This document shows, piece by piece, positions 11,732-21,439 of a DNA stretch of 32,000 bases. The DNA comes from an uncultured Rivularia sp. (lineage in GTDB: Bacteria > Cyanobacteriota > Cyanobacteriia > Cyanobacteriales > Nostocaceae): positions 4,132,341 to 4,164,340 of the forward strand of contig OY762007.1 in the NCBI GenBank assembly GCA_963665115.1. Direction: 5' to 3'. Each line of letters starts with the position of its first letter. Positions within the stretch are counted from its first letter, which is position 1. Position numbers and translations under genes: made by a program. The notes under the pieces were generated by a model. The model made no database searches and was not told where the DNA came from. It saw nothing but the letters and a program-made list of their open reading frames with translations.

Positions 11732-14700
11732 TTAACCGATAAAATCAACCTTAACAATCAAGTCGTTATAATCAAAGTCACCACCCTTGGGTAAATCCTC
11801 AAAACCAAAGGTATTGTCAGCAAGTAACTTAATATGGTCAACACCATCACTATTCGCTCCCAAGTATGGGAAGTAAATTGAAGGGTCGTTGCTGGTATCA
11901 TCGTCGTTAAGTTGGTCAAGATTACCGTTAACAATAATCAACGGAGCAATAATCGAACCAGCTTCCATTTGAGCAACCCCGGTTTCAAGTCCTTGATTAT
12001 CAGCACTGAATTCAACAACTTCACCTGTAACCGCATCTTTAACAATGTTATCTAAAGCAACTTGCAGATAGTTATCGGTATTTGGTGCGAATCCGTCAAC
12101 TTCACCCGCTACATTATCAACTTGATAGAAGTAAACTTCGTTGTCGAATGCAGCTTCTCGGAATACAGAAAACTCAGCAGTTACTTGTCCGGTAACACCA
12201 GTTAAATCAATTAATTCAAGGGAAGAATTCTGAAGATTTGTACCTATCGCTAAATCTTGGGAACTTGGTTGAATATCTACTACCAAATCATCATTCCAAG
12301 CAAGAGAAAATCCTGAATCACCATTCGATTCTACCTGTAAATTAGTGGTGTTAGAGAAAATCACTTGTTCAGTAGAATTACTATCTTGAGCGAAATAAAA
12401 TCTAATATTCTCACCGTTAGCAAATTCCAAAATGCGAGTATTAGTTTCAGCATCAAAACTGTTAGGAGAATTAGCTAGTGCAGAGAAAATAACTTGCGCT
12501 CTTTCAAGTGCTGCACTTGTGTAACCAGCTTCATCGGGAAGAATACCGTTGATGCTACCTTGCTCATCATCAACTACAAATACTCCCAGTTCGGTTACAG
12601 CATCGGAATCGTTACCACTCAAAGTTACTTGTAGTTTGGGATTACCAATTTCTTGAGAAAGATTAAAGATTGCTAATTCAGAATTAGTTTGGTTAATTTC
12701 TCCTGTAAAAATCTGTTCTAATTTCTGCTGCAATTGAGTTTGAGCATCTTCTGGTGTGATAGTATTGGCACCAACTTCATACAATAATTCGGGAATTTGG
12801 TTGTAAGCAATTTGTTTGATGCTCGCGCTTCTTTCTAATAAAGATTCTTCATCCTCTGCTAAAGGTAATAATGCTCTATCGATAAATTGCAGCGTCAACC
12901 CAAAGCTATCAGCCAAGAAACTGGTATCTTTATTATCAATGAGCGACAGAATCGAATCATCTAAATTACTGTTGAAAGCTTCTTGGAACGCTTTTTGTAT
13001 TGCTTCATCATCTAAGTCAGCATCCAACTCACTTAAACTGAGTAATCCAGTTGCAGTTACAGCGACGCTTAACTCGTCTACTTCTGCAAATTCTTTACCA
13101 GTAGCACCGCTCAAGAAATGGGTCACTCCATGCAGTAAAGCAGCTACTCGAATGTGGCTAAGGTAAGTAGTTGCAGCTAATTCTGTATCGGTACCTTGCC
13201 CCAAAGCTTCAACGGGGTTGAAGGTATGAATATCTACCGACTCATCAATACCCAACACTTGCTTGATTTGTGCTTCTGCGCTGTCATGCTCCATCCCGGT
13301 TTGCATCAACCGTTGTACCATTGTCGTCAACGGGGTAATCATTGTACTACCTGCTACTGCCCATAAGTCGGAATGCAATGGCACATCACCAATGGTATCG
13401 GTTCCTCCAGTTGCTACCAGTCGTCCTTCTTCGTAATCTAATTCACCGTTATTATTGGTGTCGAATATGTTTAATGGGATCGTTAGGTCATACTCGCCAT
13501 CGGCATTGGTAACGGTAAAGGGTTCTTCTTCATCAATTTCATTGTTGAAATTAGCATCCCAGTAGACGGTAGAAGTTTCTACTGGTCCGTTGGATACCGT
13601 ACCTGATTCGCTAGAATACTGGATTTCGTAAGCCCCGATATCGGTAGCATCACCACTTGAACGCTCGTAGCCGTCACCGCGTTGGTCGGTTTCTAAATTG
13701 TCGTCGTTATTACCAGCATCAAGAGCAGGGCTATCATCTAGCAGAGCATGGGTGTAGGTGGAACCGCCGTTATCAGCTAAGGTTGTGTCGAGGATGTCTT
13801 CTAAAGCTGTTGGGTTTGTGCCGTCGCTGAAAGCGGTGATGTCGCTGTCTTCTAAAGTAACATTCACCAATGCCTGTGCTTCAGTTTGGCTATCGTCGCC
13901 GAATAAATTATTTCCATCCGAAGAAGTTGTACCACCGAAAGTTGAAGAGTAGACTTCGTTGCCATCTTCGTCTGCTGTATTGCCAGAAATTAAACTACTG
14001 GTGATATTTAATTGTCCCGAATCTCTGGATAAACCACCACCATCATCCCCAGCGATATTATTTATAACAGTACTGTTACTCAAGTTAAGAGTACCGCCGA
14101 TTAAAGCAATGCCACCACCATAACTTTCAGTTGCTTCGTTACCAGAAATTGTACTGTTACTGATGGTGATTGTATCACTACTTAAAATTTTAATACCACC
14201 TGCGTGATAGATAGCCGTGTTATTAGAAATAGTACTGTTATTTAGGTATAAATTAGCTCGAAAATCGTTATGAATACCGCCACCATACTCGGCTGTATTA
14301 CCAGAGATGGTGCTATCGGTGATAGTAAGAGTTTCTAAATTATAAATACCACCACCGCTAACTGCGTCCACAGCCGAATCGTAACCAGTATAAACAAATG
14401 AGCCTGTATTTCCTCCTGTAATTGTTAAACCAGTGATTTCAACTGTCTCTTGATTGAAATAATCACCATCAGAAATGTAGAACACCCGGCTATTCTCTTG
14501 AGCATCGATGGTTAAGTCAACATTAGAGCCGTCGATTGTAACCGAGCGCTCAATCTCCAACTGTTCCAATAGGTAGATAGTCTCGCCATCTAAAGATGCA
14601 TCAAACTCAATATTTCCGCCATCTTCAACAAGAATCAGCGCTTCTCGAAGCGATAAATCATTATCAGAGAAGTTACCGTCTAATTCGTCTTCTAAAAGCG

Positions 14701-17500
14701 TAACTGTAACATTTGCAGCGTTAGTGAAACTAGTATTGTCCGTGATGTTTTCAATATTCTCGAAAGAGAAATAATCAGCGCTGGTATTCCCACTCAACAC
14801 CACTGTATCGCTATCCGAGCTAGAACCAATAAAGTTTTCTACATTGGTGATAATGTCAGTGCTACCCGAACCATCAGTTACCGTAATGCTGCTAGCATCG
14901 GTATTGATATAAATAGTAACTGCACTGTCACTATCGCTATAATCAACGGTATCGCTTCCGGTTCCACCATCAAAAGTATTATCGTTGCTGTCACTAACAA
15001 AAGTATCGTCGTAATCCGAGCCAATTACATTGTCAATATCAACTAAAGTATCGGTACCACCATCTCCATCGCTAGCCGTACCCGCTTCTAAATCAACGCT
15101 AATACCACTACTTGCCGTGCTGTAGCTAACGGTGTCGGTGTCATCTTCAGTATCCCCATCATCGGCAGTACCGCCATAAATTGTATCATCGCCTCCACGA
15201 CCTTCGAGAGTATCGTTCCCTTCACCGCCTTCAAGGATATTATTATTATCGTCGCCCGTAATACTATCATCGTAGCTAGAACCAGTTACGTTCTCAATAC
15301 CAGAGATATAATCTTGGTCTCCATAGCCATCATTAGTAACTGCTTGTTGGGTAGAGGGTTCGTAGGTGGAGCTATCATCATAATCGTCCGCAGACTGATT
15401 AATTAAATCTACAGTCACACCATCTTCTGCATTAATATAGCTAACAGTGTCGCTGCCACCCTCACCAAAAATTAAATCCTCACCAGCTACACCATGAAGA
15501 ATATTGTCGTTATCATCACCAATAAGGGTATCACTGTAGGAACTTCCCGAAAGATTTTCAATGCTGTAAAGTTTATCTAAACCTTGTTCTTTAGTTGAAC
15601 TTTCGGGTAAACCATCATTGGCTGTAGCATACTCCTCACCGTCTGTATCTACAGATACATTAGAAAGGTCTACATAAACACCTTGGGTAGCACCGATGAA
15701 AAATGCAGTGTCGCTACCATCACCACCGTAGAGTTCGTCATCACCTTCACCACCATCAAGCCAGTCATCGCCACCATAACCGAAGATTTCATCTTCATCG
15801 TCCGTATCAGCATTGTCTTTAGTATAGCCATAAAGAACATCGCTATACTCTTCGGTTCCATAAATTTTATCTGTATTCTCCGTGCCATAAACGGTTTGAG
15901 GACCAAAGGCTCCAACAATGAAAAACCCACTTTCATAGTCGGTGATACCTAAATCTGAGAAACTAAAATTATCCAATTCATCCTCAGAATAAGTCTCACC
16001 TCCCTGACGGATCTGATATTCACCACCTACCTTTTCTACATAAATGGCATTATTAGTATACTGAGTTGACAAATAATCTTTAGCATTTGCATCGTCATTA
16101 AAAAAATCTCCACCTAAATGAACCAGGAACTCATCATCATTATTTTTGAATGTTATTCCGGGTAGTCCATCATAGATATCACCAGCCGTATCAAATGCAA
16201 CAGTATCATCGTCGTCATGATAAACAACTAAGAAATCTTCTGTAGGGTCGAAATCGTAAATAACTGTACTTGTTTGAGTGCTTTCTACAGGTTCTGCGGC
16301 GCTCGTTTCTGCTCCATCTACAATGTAATCTAAAATATCTTTGGCAATGGGAACGACTTCTTTAATTAAATTTAGAGTAAAACCAATTTCGCTAGGGGCA
16401 AGTTCTTTGAGTGTAGTGAAAACTGTGTCGCTTAAATCTGTTAAAATGTTATCATAAGCATAATCAAGAAAATCACTTCCAGTTCCAGAACCACTTCCAC
16501 TGCCTGAATTTGGGTTAGCATTAATAATAAAGGTGTCTATCCCTTCCCCACCAAATATATGGTTTTCGTCCTCATCGTAGACGCTTTCATAGATTACGTC
16601 GTTTCCATCACCACCAGAGATAACTGTATCTCCTTGACCTCCGTAAACTACGTCGTCACCTTCGTTAGCAAATAGAAAGTCTGCACCATCAGATTCAAAT
16701 TCGATAGTAATCGAATCTTTATTGCTGCTATCTTCTACAACAATAGTGTAGTCACCGTCTGCAGTAGATGGTGAAGTTGTATTAGAACCAGAAATAACGT
16801 CGTCTCCAGGACCTGCCCAGATACCATCATTATATACACTTCCAATAATTTTATCGTTACCTGAAATTTCGTATTCAGCAAAACCCAGAGCTAAGTCTTC
16901 TAGATACTCAATATAAAATGAAGTAGTGTCTGTTGTCCCATAACCATAGAAAGCATTAAAGGATGTTGTAGGCTCTATCTGACTTACGCGATTGTAATCA
17001 GAGTTAGCAACCACATATTTACCTTCACCAACATCGTCTGCTAAATAGTCTAATATGTTGTCAAATGAAGAATAGTTATCTAACGAACCACCGTAATCTT
17101 CTTCAAGAGCTTCCTCCTCTTCCTCATCAAAATTATGGTCAAGACCAGCACTGAAGTCAAGCTCCATATCCAGAACTTGATCTGAATCAAATATTGTTTG
17201 ATAGTCATACAAATCAAACACGGAAATATAATCGTTTGAATTATACTCAGATTTAACGTAACTGCCACTACCATTACCAGCAGCGAAATAATCAGTAGTT
17301 CTATCCTCAGACTCTAAATATTGACTTAAATAATTCTCAACATAAGGTAGAAATGAATGAGTAAATTGTACTTCTTCTTCATTCTCCCCAAGTATCAATC
17401 CGTTCCAGATATATTCAAAAGCATCGTCGAATGAGACAACCTCAAAAGCTTCAGTATATTCTGAGTCTCCATTGCTATACAATTTCAAGCTTTGTGTCAT
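11732..17500 (-). CDS. Giant secreted-type protein (1922 aa): acidic N-terminal region, RTX-like Ca-binding repeats, right-handed beta-helix (PbH1-type) region, C-terminal DUF4114 domain
   Basis: GGxGxD nonapeptide-like repeats are present (GGQGDTVISGGDGNDVIY; GGDDWLDGGEGDDELYGGDGSDTAFF; GGEGNDTLEGRGGDDTIYGG). So are beta-helix repeats (TISGNTAEYGGGIHN, TISNNTAIYHAGGI, TISGNEATESYGGGIA) ending in DQRGDGYERSSGDATDIGAYE. The C-terminus reads FGFEDLPKGGDFDYNDLIVKVDF. I found no Cys residue and no N-terminal signal peptide. Confidence 0.85.
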   Translation of the reverse strand: MTQSLKLYSNGDSEYTEAFEVVSFDDAFEYIWNGLILGENEEEVQFTHSFLPYVENYLSQYLESEDRTTDYFAAGNGSGSYVKSEYNSNDYISVFDLYDYQTIFDSDQVLDMELDFSAGLDHNFDEEEEEALEEDYGGSLDNYSSFDNILDYLADDVGEGKYVVANSDYNRVSQIEPTTSFNAFYGYGTTDTTSFYIEYLEDLALGFAEYEISGNDKIIGSVYNDGIWAGPGDDVISGSNTTSPSTADGDYTIVVEDSSNKDSITIEFESDGADFLFANEGDDVVYGGQGDTVISGGDGNDVIYESVYDEDENHIFGGEGIDTFIINANPNSGSGSGSGTGSDFLDYAYDNILTDLSDTVFTTLKELAPSEIGFTLNLIKEVVPIAKDILDYIVDGAETSAAEPVESTQTSTVIYDFDPTEDFLVVYHDDDDTVAFDTAGDIYDGLPGITFKNNDDEFLVHLGGDFFNDDANAKDYLSTQYTNNAIYVEKVGGEYQIRQGGETYSEDELDNFSFSDLGITDYESGFFIVGAFGPQTVYGTENTDKIYGTEEYSDVLYGYTKDNADTDDEDEIFGYGGDDWLDGGEGDDELYGGDGSDTAFFIGATQGVYVDLSNVSVDTDGEEYATANDGLPESSTKEQGLDKLYSIENLSGSSYSDTLIGDDNDNILHGVAGEDLIFGEGGSDTVSYINAEDGVTVDLINQSADDYDDSSTYEPSTQQAVTNDGYGDQDYISGIENVTGSSYDDSITGDDNNNILEGGEGNDTLEGRGGDDTIYGGTADDGDTEDDTDTVSYSTASSGISVDLEAGTASDGDGGTDTLVDIDNVIGSDYDDTFVSDSNDNTFDGGTGSDTVDYSDSDSAVTIYINTDASSITVTDGSGSTDIITNVENFIGSSSDSDTVVLSGNTSADYFSFENIENITDNTSFTNAANVTVTLLEDELDGNFSDNDLSLREALILVEDGGNIEFDASLDGETIYLLEQLEIERSVTIDGSNVDLTIDAQENSRVFYISDGDYFNQETVEITGLTITGGNTGSFVYTGYDSAVDAVSGGGIYNLETLTITDSTISGNTAEYGGGIHNDFRANLYLNNSTISNNTAIYHAGGIKILSSDTITISNSTISGNEATESYGGGIALIGGTLNLSNSTVINNIAGDDGGGLSRDSGQLNITSSLISGNTADEDGNEVYSSTFGGTTSSDGNNLFGDDSQTEAQALVNVTLEDSDITAFSDGTNPTALEDILDTTLADNGGSTYTHALLDDSPALDAGNNDDNLETDQRGDGYERSSGDATDIGAYEIQYSSESGTVSNGPVETSTVYWDANFNNEIDEEEPFTVTNADGEYDLTIPLNIFDTNNNGELDYEEGRLVATGGTDTIGDVPLHSDLWAVAGSTMITPLTTMVQRLMQTGMEHDSAEAQIKQVLGIDESVDIHTFNPVEALGQGTDTELAATTYLSHIRVAALLHGVTHFLSGATGKEFAEVDELSVAVTATGLLSLSELDADLDDEAIQKAFQEAFNSNLDDSILSLIDNKDTSFLADSFGLTLQFIDRALLPLAEDEESLLERSASIKQIAYNQIPELLYEVGANTITPEDAQTQLQQKLEQIFTGEINQTNSELAIFNLSQEIGNPKLQVTLSGNDSDAVTELGVFVVDDEQGSINGILPDEAGYTSAALERAQVIFSALANSPNSFDAETNTRILEFANGENIRFYFAQDSNSTEQVIFSNTTNLQVESNGDSGFSLAWNDDLVVDIQPSSQDLAIGTNLQNSSLELIDLTGVTGQVTAEFSVFREAAFDNEVYFYQVDNVAGEVDGFAPNTDNYLQVALDNIVKDAVTGEVVEFSADNQGLETGVAQMEAGSIIAPLIIVNGNLDQLNDDDTSNDPSIYFPYLGANSDGVDHIKLLADNTFGFEDLPKGGDFDYNDLIVKVDFIG

Positions 17501-17573
17501 GATTATTAATTCCTTCGTGTAATTTTGTTAGCTTTTACGTCTCAACAATCCGAAAATAATCAACGCCGATTAT

Positions 17574-17681
17574 TTAACCCCTAAAGTCAAAGTTGAAAAT
17601 CAAGTCGCTACAATCAAGGTCATTACCCTCCGGTAAATGCTCAAAACCAATTGTTGTAAATCAAGATATCTACACCATGAT
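17574..17681 (-). pseudogene. Second DUF4114 C-terminal remnant, just upstream of the giant gene
   Basis: The minus strand encodes GFEHLPEGNDLDCSDLIFNFDFRG* (17574..17648). It is preceded out of frame by HGVDILIYNNW. Compare the giant protein's DGVDHIKLLADNTFGFEDLPKGGDFDYNDLIVKVDFIG*. Confidence 0.6.
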
Positions 17682-17970
17682 TTTTGTTTCCTTATTTGTG
17701 TTCTAAGTAATATATTCATAGATACAAATAATGTAGCTCTAGGTAGATGCAATACTTAACGAGTCTCAGCCTCTAGCTTAAATAAGCAAAAACTGATTAT
17801 TTCAGTTATGAAGTGCAACCCCGTGAAAAGTCGAGTCCAATTTTGATTGTGAAATATTAAGAAATTATTTCAATAAATCAAACCAAAATTAGCTATCTAC
17901 GATTAAGATTACACAGGAAATTCCTTTAAGTGGTATTGCATATTACCTTCAAAGCAGGGTAGAAAAAGTT

Positions 17971-18018
17971 GTCAATTTTTATCAACTTTTATCAACTTTT
18001 ATCAACTTTCAGTTGAAT
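17971..18018. promoter_or_regulatory. Array A: four 10-bp-phased tandem repeats (minus-strand consensus AAAGTTGATA) in the divergent giant-gene/TpsA intergenic region
   Basis: The plus strand reads GTCAATTTTT ATCAACTTTT ATCAACTTTT ATCAACTTTC, then AGTTGAAT, forming the palindrome TCAACT-TTC-AGTTGA. The array lies 248..295 bp upstream of the ATG at 18266. Confidence 0.6.
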
Positions 18019-18265
18019 AGTAATGGTTTTTCCTATCGGTTTTCTGTAGGAGAATAAAGCTAAAAAAGAGCATACAGGATAAATTAATTTGCATTTTTTA
18101 TATAGTTGGTAATTAATATCCAATTAACTCAAATAATCATCACTTTTCGCTTAATTAATTGATAACTTATAGCAATATAGCGGTTTTCGATTATGTGAGG
18201 TACACTTTATAACTGTATTTATCAAAATTTAGCTATATTTACCATAAGCTATTGCTATACCTGTT

Positions 18266-21200
18266 ATGCCCAATTATTTACTAATCAAGCACAAGCAAAT
18301 ATTCCTATGGTATAGGAATCAATTACAGGTACTTTTATCTCTGGAAAAATTAAAATCAACATTTCTTTACCTATCATTACTCTGGAACATTACTACCGCA
18401 ATCTCCACGCTGACAATTTCCACAGTTTTGGCTCAAATCACTCCCGATACAACTTTAGATAATTCTCCCTCTAAAGTAAATTCTCAAGGTTTGAATAATT
18501 TATTGATTGAAGGTGGAGTTAGAAACCAAAGCAATCTTTTTCACAGTTTCCAAGAATTTAACATAAACAACGGACAGCAGGTTTTTTTTGCAAATCCCCA
18601 AGGAATAAACAATATAATCACTCGCGTTACAGGTAATAACCCTTCAAATATCAACGGTGTTTTAGGAGTTAACGGTTTAGCAAATTTATTTTTTATTAAT
18701 CCCAACGGAATTATCTTTGGTAAAGGTTCTCGTCTTGATGTAAATGGTTCTTTTATCGGTGCGACTGCTGAGAGCGTAATCTTCTCAGATGATAGTATTT
18801 TTAGTGCTGTTGAACCGAATAATCCAGCGTTATTAAAAGTAAACGTTCCTTTGGGTTTGCAATACGGTAAAAATACCGCAGCAATTCAACTAAAAGAAGC
18901 TAATTTACAAGTAAAACCTGGTGAAAGTTTAAGTTTAATTGGTGGAAATGTTGATCTAGAAAATTCTACTCTCAAAGCACCGGGGGGAACGATTCAATTA
19001 GGTGGTTTGTTAGCTTCGGGAACTGTGAATTTAAATGATTTAAAATCCTTCAGCTTTCCAGAAAACGTAAAACTTGCTGATGTTTCTTTAACTAATAAAT
19101 CCAATATTGAAGTTATAGCTAGTGGTGGTGGAGATATTTTTGTCAATGCGAATAATTTTTCTTTAAATAACAGTAGTTTTCGAGCCGGAATTAAAGATAG
19201 ATTGGGAGATAGAGAAGCAGTTGCGGGTGATATTTCTATTAACGCTACAGGAGATATTAATATTGACCAAGACAGTAATATTAGGAATATTTTAGAACTT
19301 AATTCTTTGGGTAGTGGAGGAAAAATTGATATCAAAACAAATAACTTTTTCCTTAAAGATTCAAATATATTAACCAATACTGGTAGTATTGGTGATGCGG
19401 GAAATATCACGATTGAAGCAGCGAATAATTTAGAAGTTATTTCTAGTCCCCAAAACATAGCTTTAGGAATAAGAGGAAGAAAAGGTATATTTTCCAGAGT
19501 TGAAAGAAATGGCACTGGGAATGGTGGTAATATTACTGTCAAAGCTCCGGATATTACTCTTTCAGGTATTGGCGGTATTGAAAGCGGAAGCAGTGGTTTG
19601 GGAAATGCTGGGAAAATATTGATAGAAAGCGATCGCCTTAAAATCATTGAGAATGCAGTTGTATCAGCAAATACAGCGAATTTAGGGAATGCTGGAGAAA
19701 TTTTAATTAAGTCATCTGAGTTTATTGAAGTCAGTAATAAAATTAGCGATTCTCGATTTGCAAATTTAACCGGACCACCGGGAGGAATTGTTGTAGATGT
19801 ACGTCCACGAGGTACTGGAAATGGTGGCAAAATTAGTTTAGAAACCACAAGATTAACTATAAAAGATGGAGCATTGGTTGTAGCGGGTAGTAGAGGAGGA
19901 GGAAATGCTGGTGATATAAATATTCGTGCTACAGAATTAATTGAAGTTACTGGTAGAAGTCAAAACGATAGAAATATGTATACCAGTCAAATAGGTACAG
20001 CATTACAGGAAAATTCCACGGGTAAACAAGGGGGTAATCTTTTTTTAGAAACCAAGAATTTGATTGTTAGTAATGGAGCAGAAATTGATGTTAGTACAAA
20101 TAATTCTGGACAAGCTGGAGATTTAACTGTTATAGCATCTGAATCGGTTTTTTTAGGGGGATTATATGAAGGTATTCCCAGCCGTTTGCAATCTCAAGTC
20201 GATAAAAATGGTAGCGGAACGGGAGGAGATATTTTAGTTCAAACTGGAATAATAAATTTAAAAAATGGCGCTCAAATTTCTGCTGCTAATTTAGGAAAGG
20301 GAAATAGTGGTAACGTTAATATCTTTGCTGATGAAATAAATATAGCCGGTTCTACATTAGCTCTTGAAAAATTGCCTTTTAGAACTTCCGAATTTGTCAC
20401 AGATGACACGGGGAATTTATTTCCGAGCGGAATTTTTAGCAGTTCATTACAAGTAGGAGATGCAGGTAATTTAGAAATAGAAACGGGTAAATTAACTCTT
20501 GAAGATAAGGCTCAAATTTCAGTCAGCAGTCAACAACTTGGTGCAGCAGGAAATTTGGAAATTCAAGCAAATCAAATTTATCTCGATAATGCAATAATCA
20601 GCGCTGACACTGTAGCGGGAGATAAAGGAAGTATTTATTTGAATGGTGCAGATATTCGATTGCGTCAAGGTAGTCGGTTAACAACAAATGCGACTCAAAC
20701 TGCTACCGGAGGTAACATTGATATTGATAGCTTAACTTTAGTTGGTTTAGAAAATAGCGATATTACAGCTAATGCAGAAGATAATTTTGGTGGTAGAGTA
20801 ATTATCAATGCTGAAGCACTTTTTGGGATTGCGTTTAGAGATTTTATCACTCCACAAAGCGATATTACTGCAACTTCTGCGTTGGGAGCAGAATTTAATG
20901 GTGTCGTCGAAATTAACACCCCAGATATTGACCCCTACTTCTGCGTTGGAAGAGTTACCAGAAACATTTACCAACCCATCGCAAATTACAGCGGGATGTC
21001 CCGCTGATGGAGGAAATAAGTTTGCTGAAACAGGAAGAGGTGGTTTACCAAAAAGTCCTCAAGAAGTTTTACGTTCTCAGGTAGTTGTTGAAGATTGGAG
21101 AGTTTCGCTTGGGGAAGTTGTTGATAAAGCAGAAATTCAACAAGAAGAAAATAAATTTACCCCAATTGTTGAAGCTCAAGGTTGGATTGTAAACGAAGAC

Positions 21201-21275
21201 GGAGTTATCGAATTTGTGGCTAATTTACCTAAAGATAATGTCCCTGTTGGAAACAATTCAGTAAATTGTGGTTAA
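18266..21275 (+). CDS. Filamentous-haemagglutinin-like (TpsA-type) exoprotein, with an apparent 1-nt insertion at a C4 run (20932..20935)
   Basis: The N-terminal TPS/haemagglutination-activity domain is present (NLFHSFQEFNI, ITRVTGNNPSNINGVLG, LFFINPNGIIFG). Long beta-helical GNAG-type repeats follow. Frame 1 ends ..NTPDIDP, and the next frame continues TSALEELPETFTNPSQITAGCPADGGNKFAETGRGGLPKSPQE... to 21275. The total of 3010 nt minus 1 equals 1003 codons. The start codon is uncertain. Confidence 0.8.
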
Positions 21276-21439
21276 AGCTGTGAAAAATTAACGGTTAACA
21301 ATTAACGAGAAAATTGTAGGTTGGGTTGAGCCACGTTAGCGAAGCGTGTCCGATAGGACATAAACTAACACAAAATCTATTGTTACAAAATTCAAAAAAT
21401 TGGGAAACATAAGAAAGTCAATTTCAGTAATATCCTGTA

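Noticed and set aside
11732-17500. The absence of HIP1 (GCGATCGC) from the giant gene and from elements 1 and 2, read as evidence of recent foreign origin.
   Set aside because: The window has only about one HIP1 site per 3 kb. Zero sites in 5.8 kb, or in 1.8 kb, is not statistically meaningful by eye.
17971-18018. The 10-bp tandem repeats as a CRISPR array, or as iterons of a replication origin for the excised circle.
   Set aside because: There are no spacers and the units are too short for CRISPR. The iteron idea is weakened because the same motif occurs at three separate loci, each at a similar distance and orientation upstream of a gene start. No Rep gene is present either.
12816-20974. 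ORFs antisense or out of frame within the giant gene and the TpsA gene (12816..13166+, 13758..13952+, 15088..15270-, 15670..15936-, 15683..15952+, 17080..17274-, 18994..19848-, 20695..20919-, 20747..20974-).
   Set aside because: They are products of repetitive, compositionally biased coding sequence on the other strand or frame. Nothing supports them independently.
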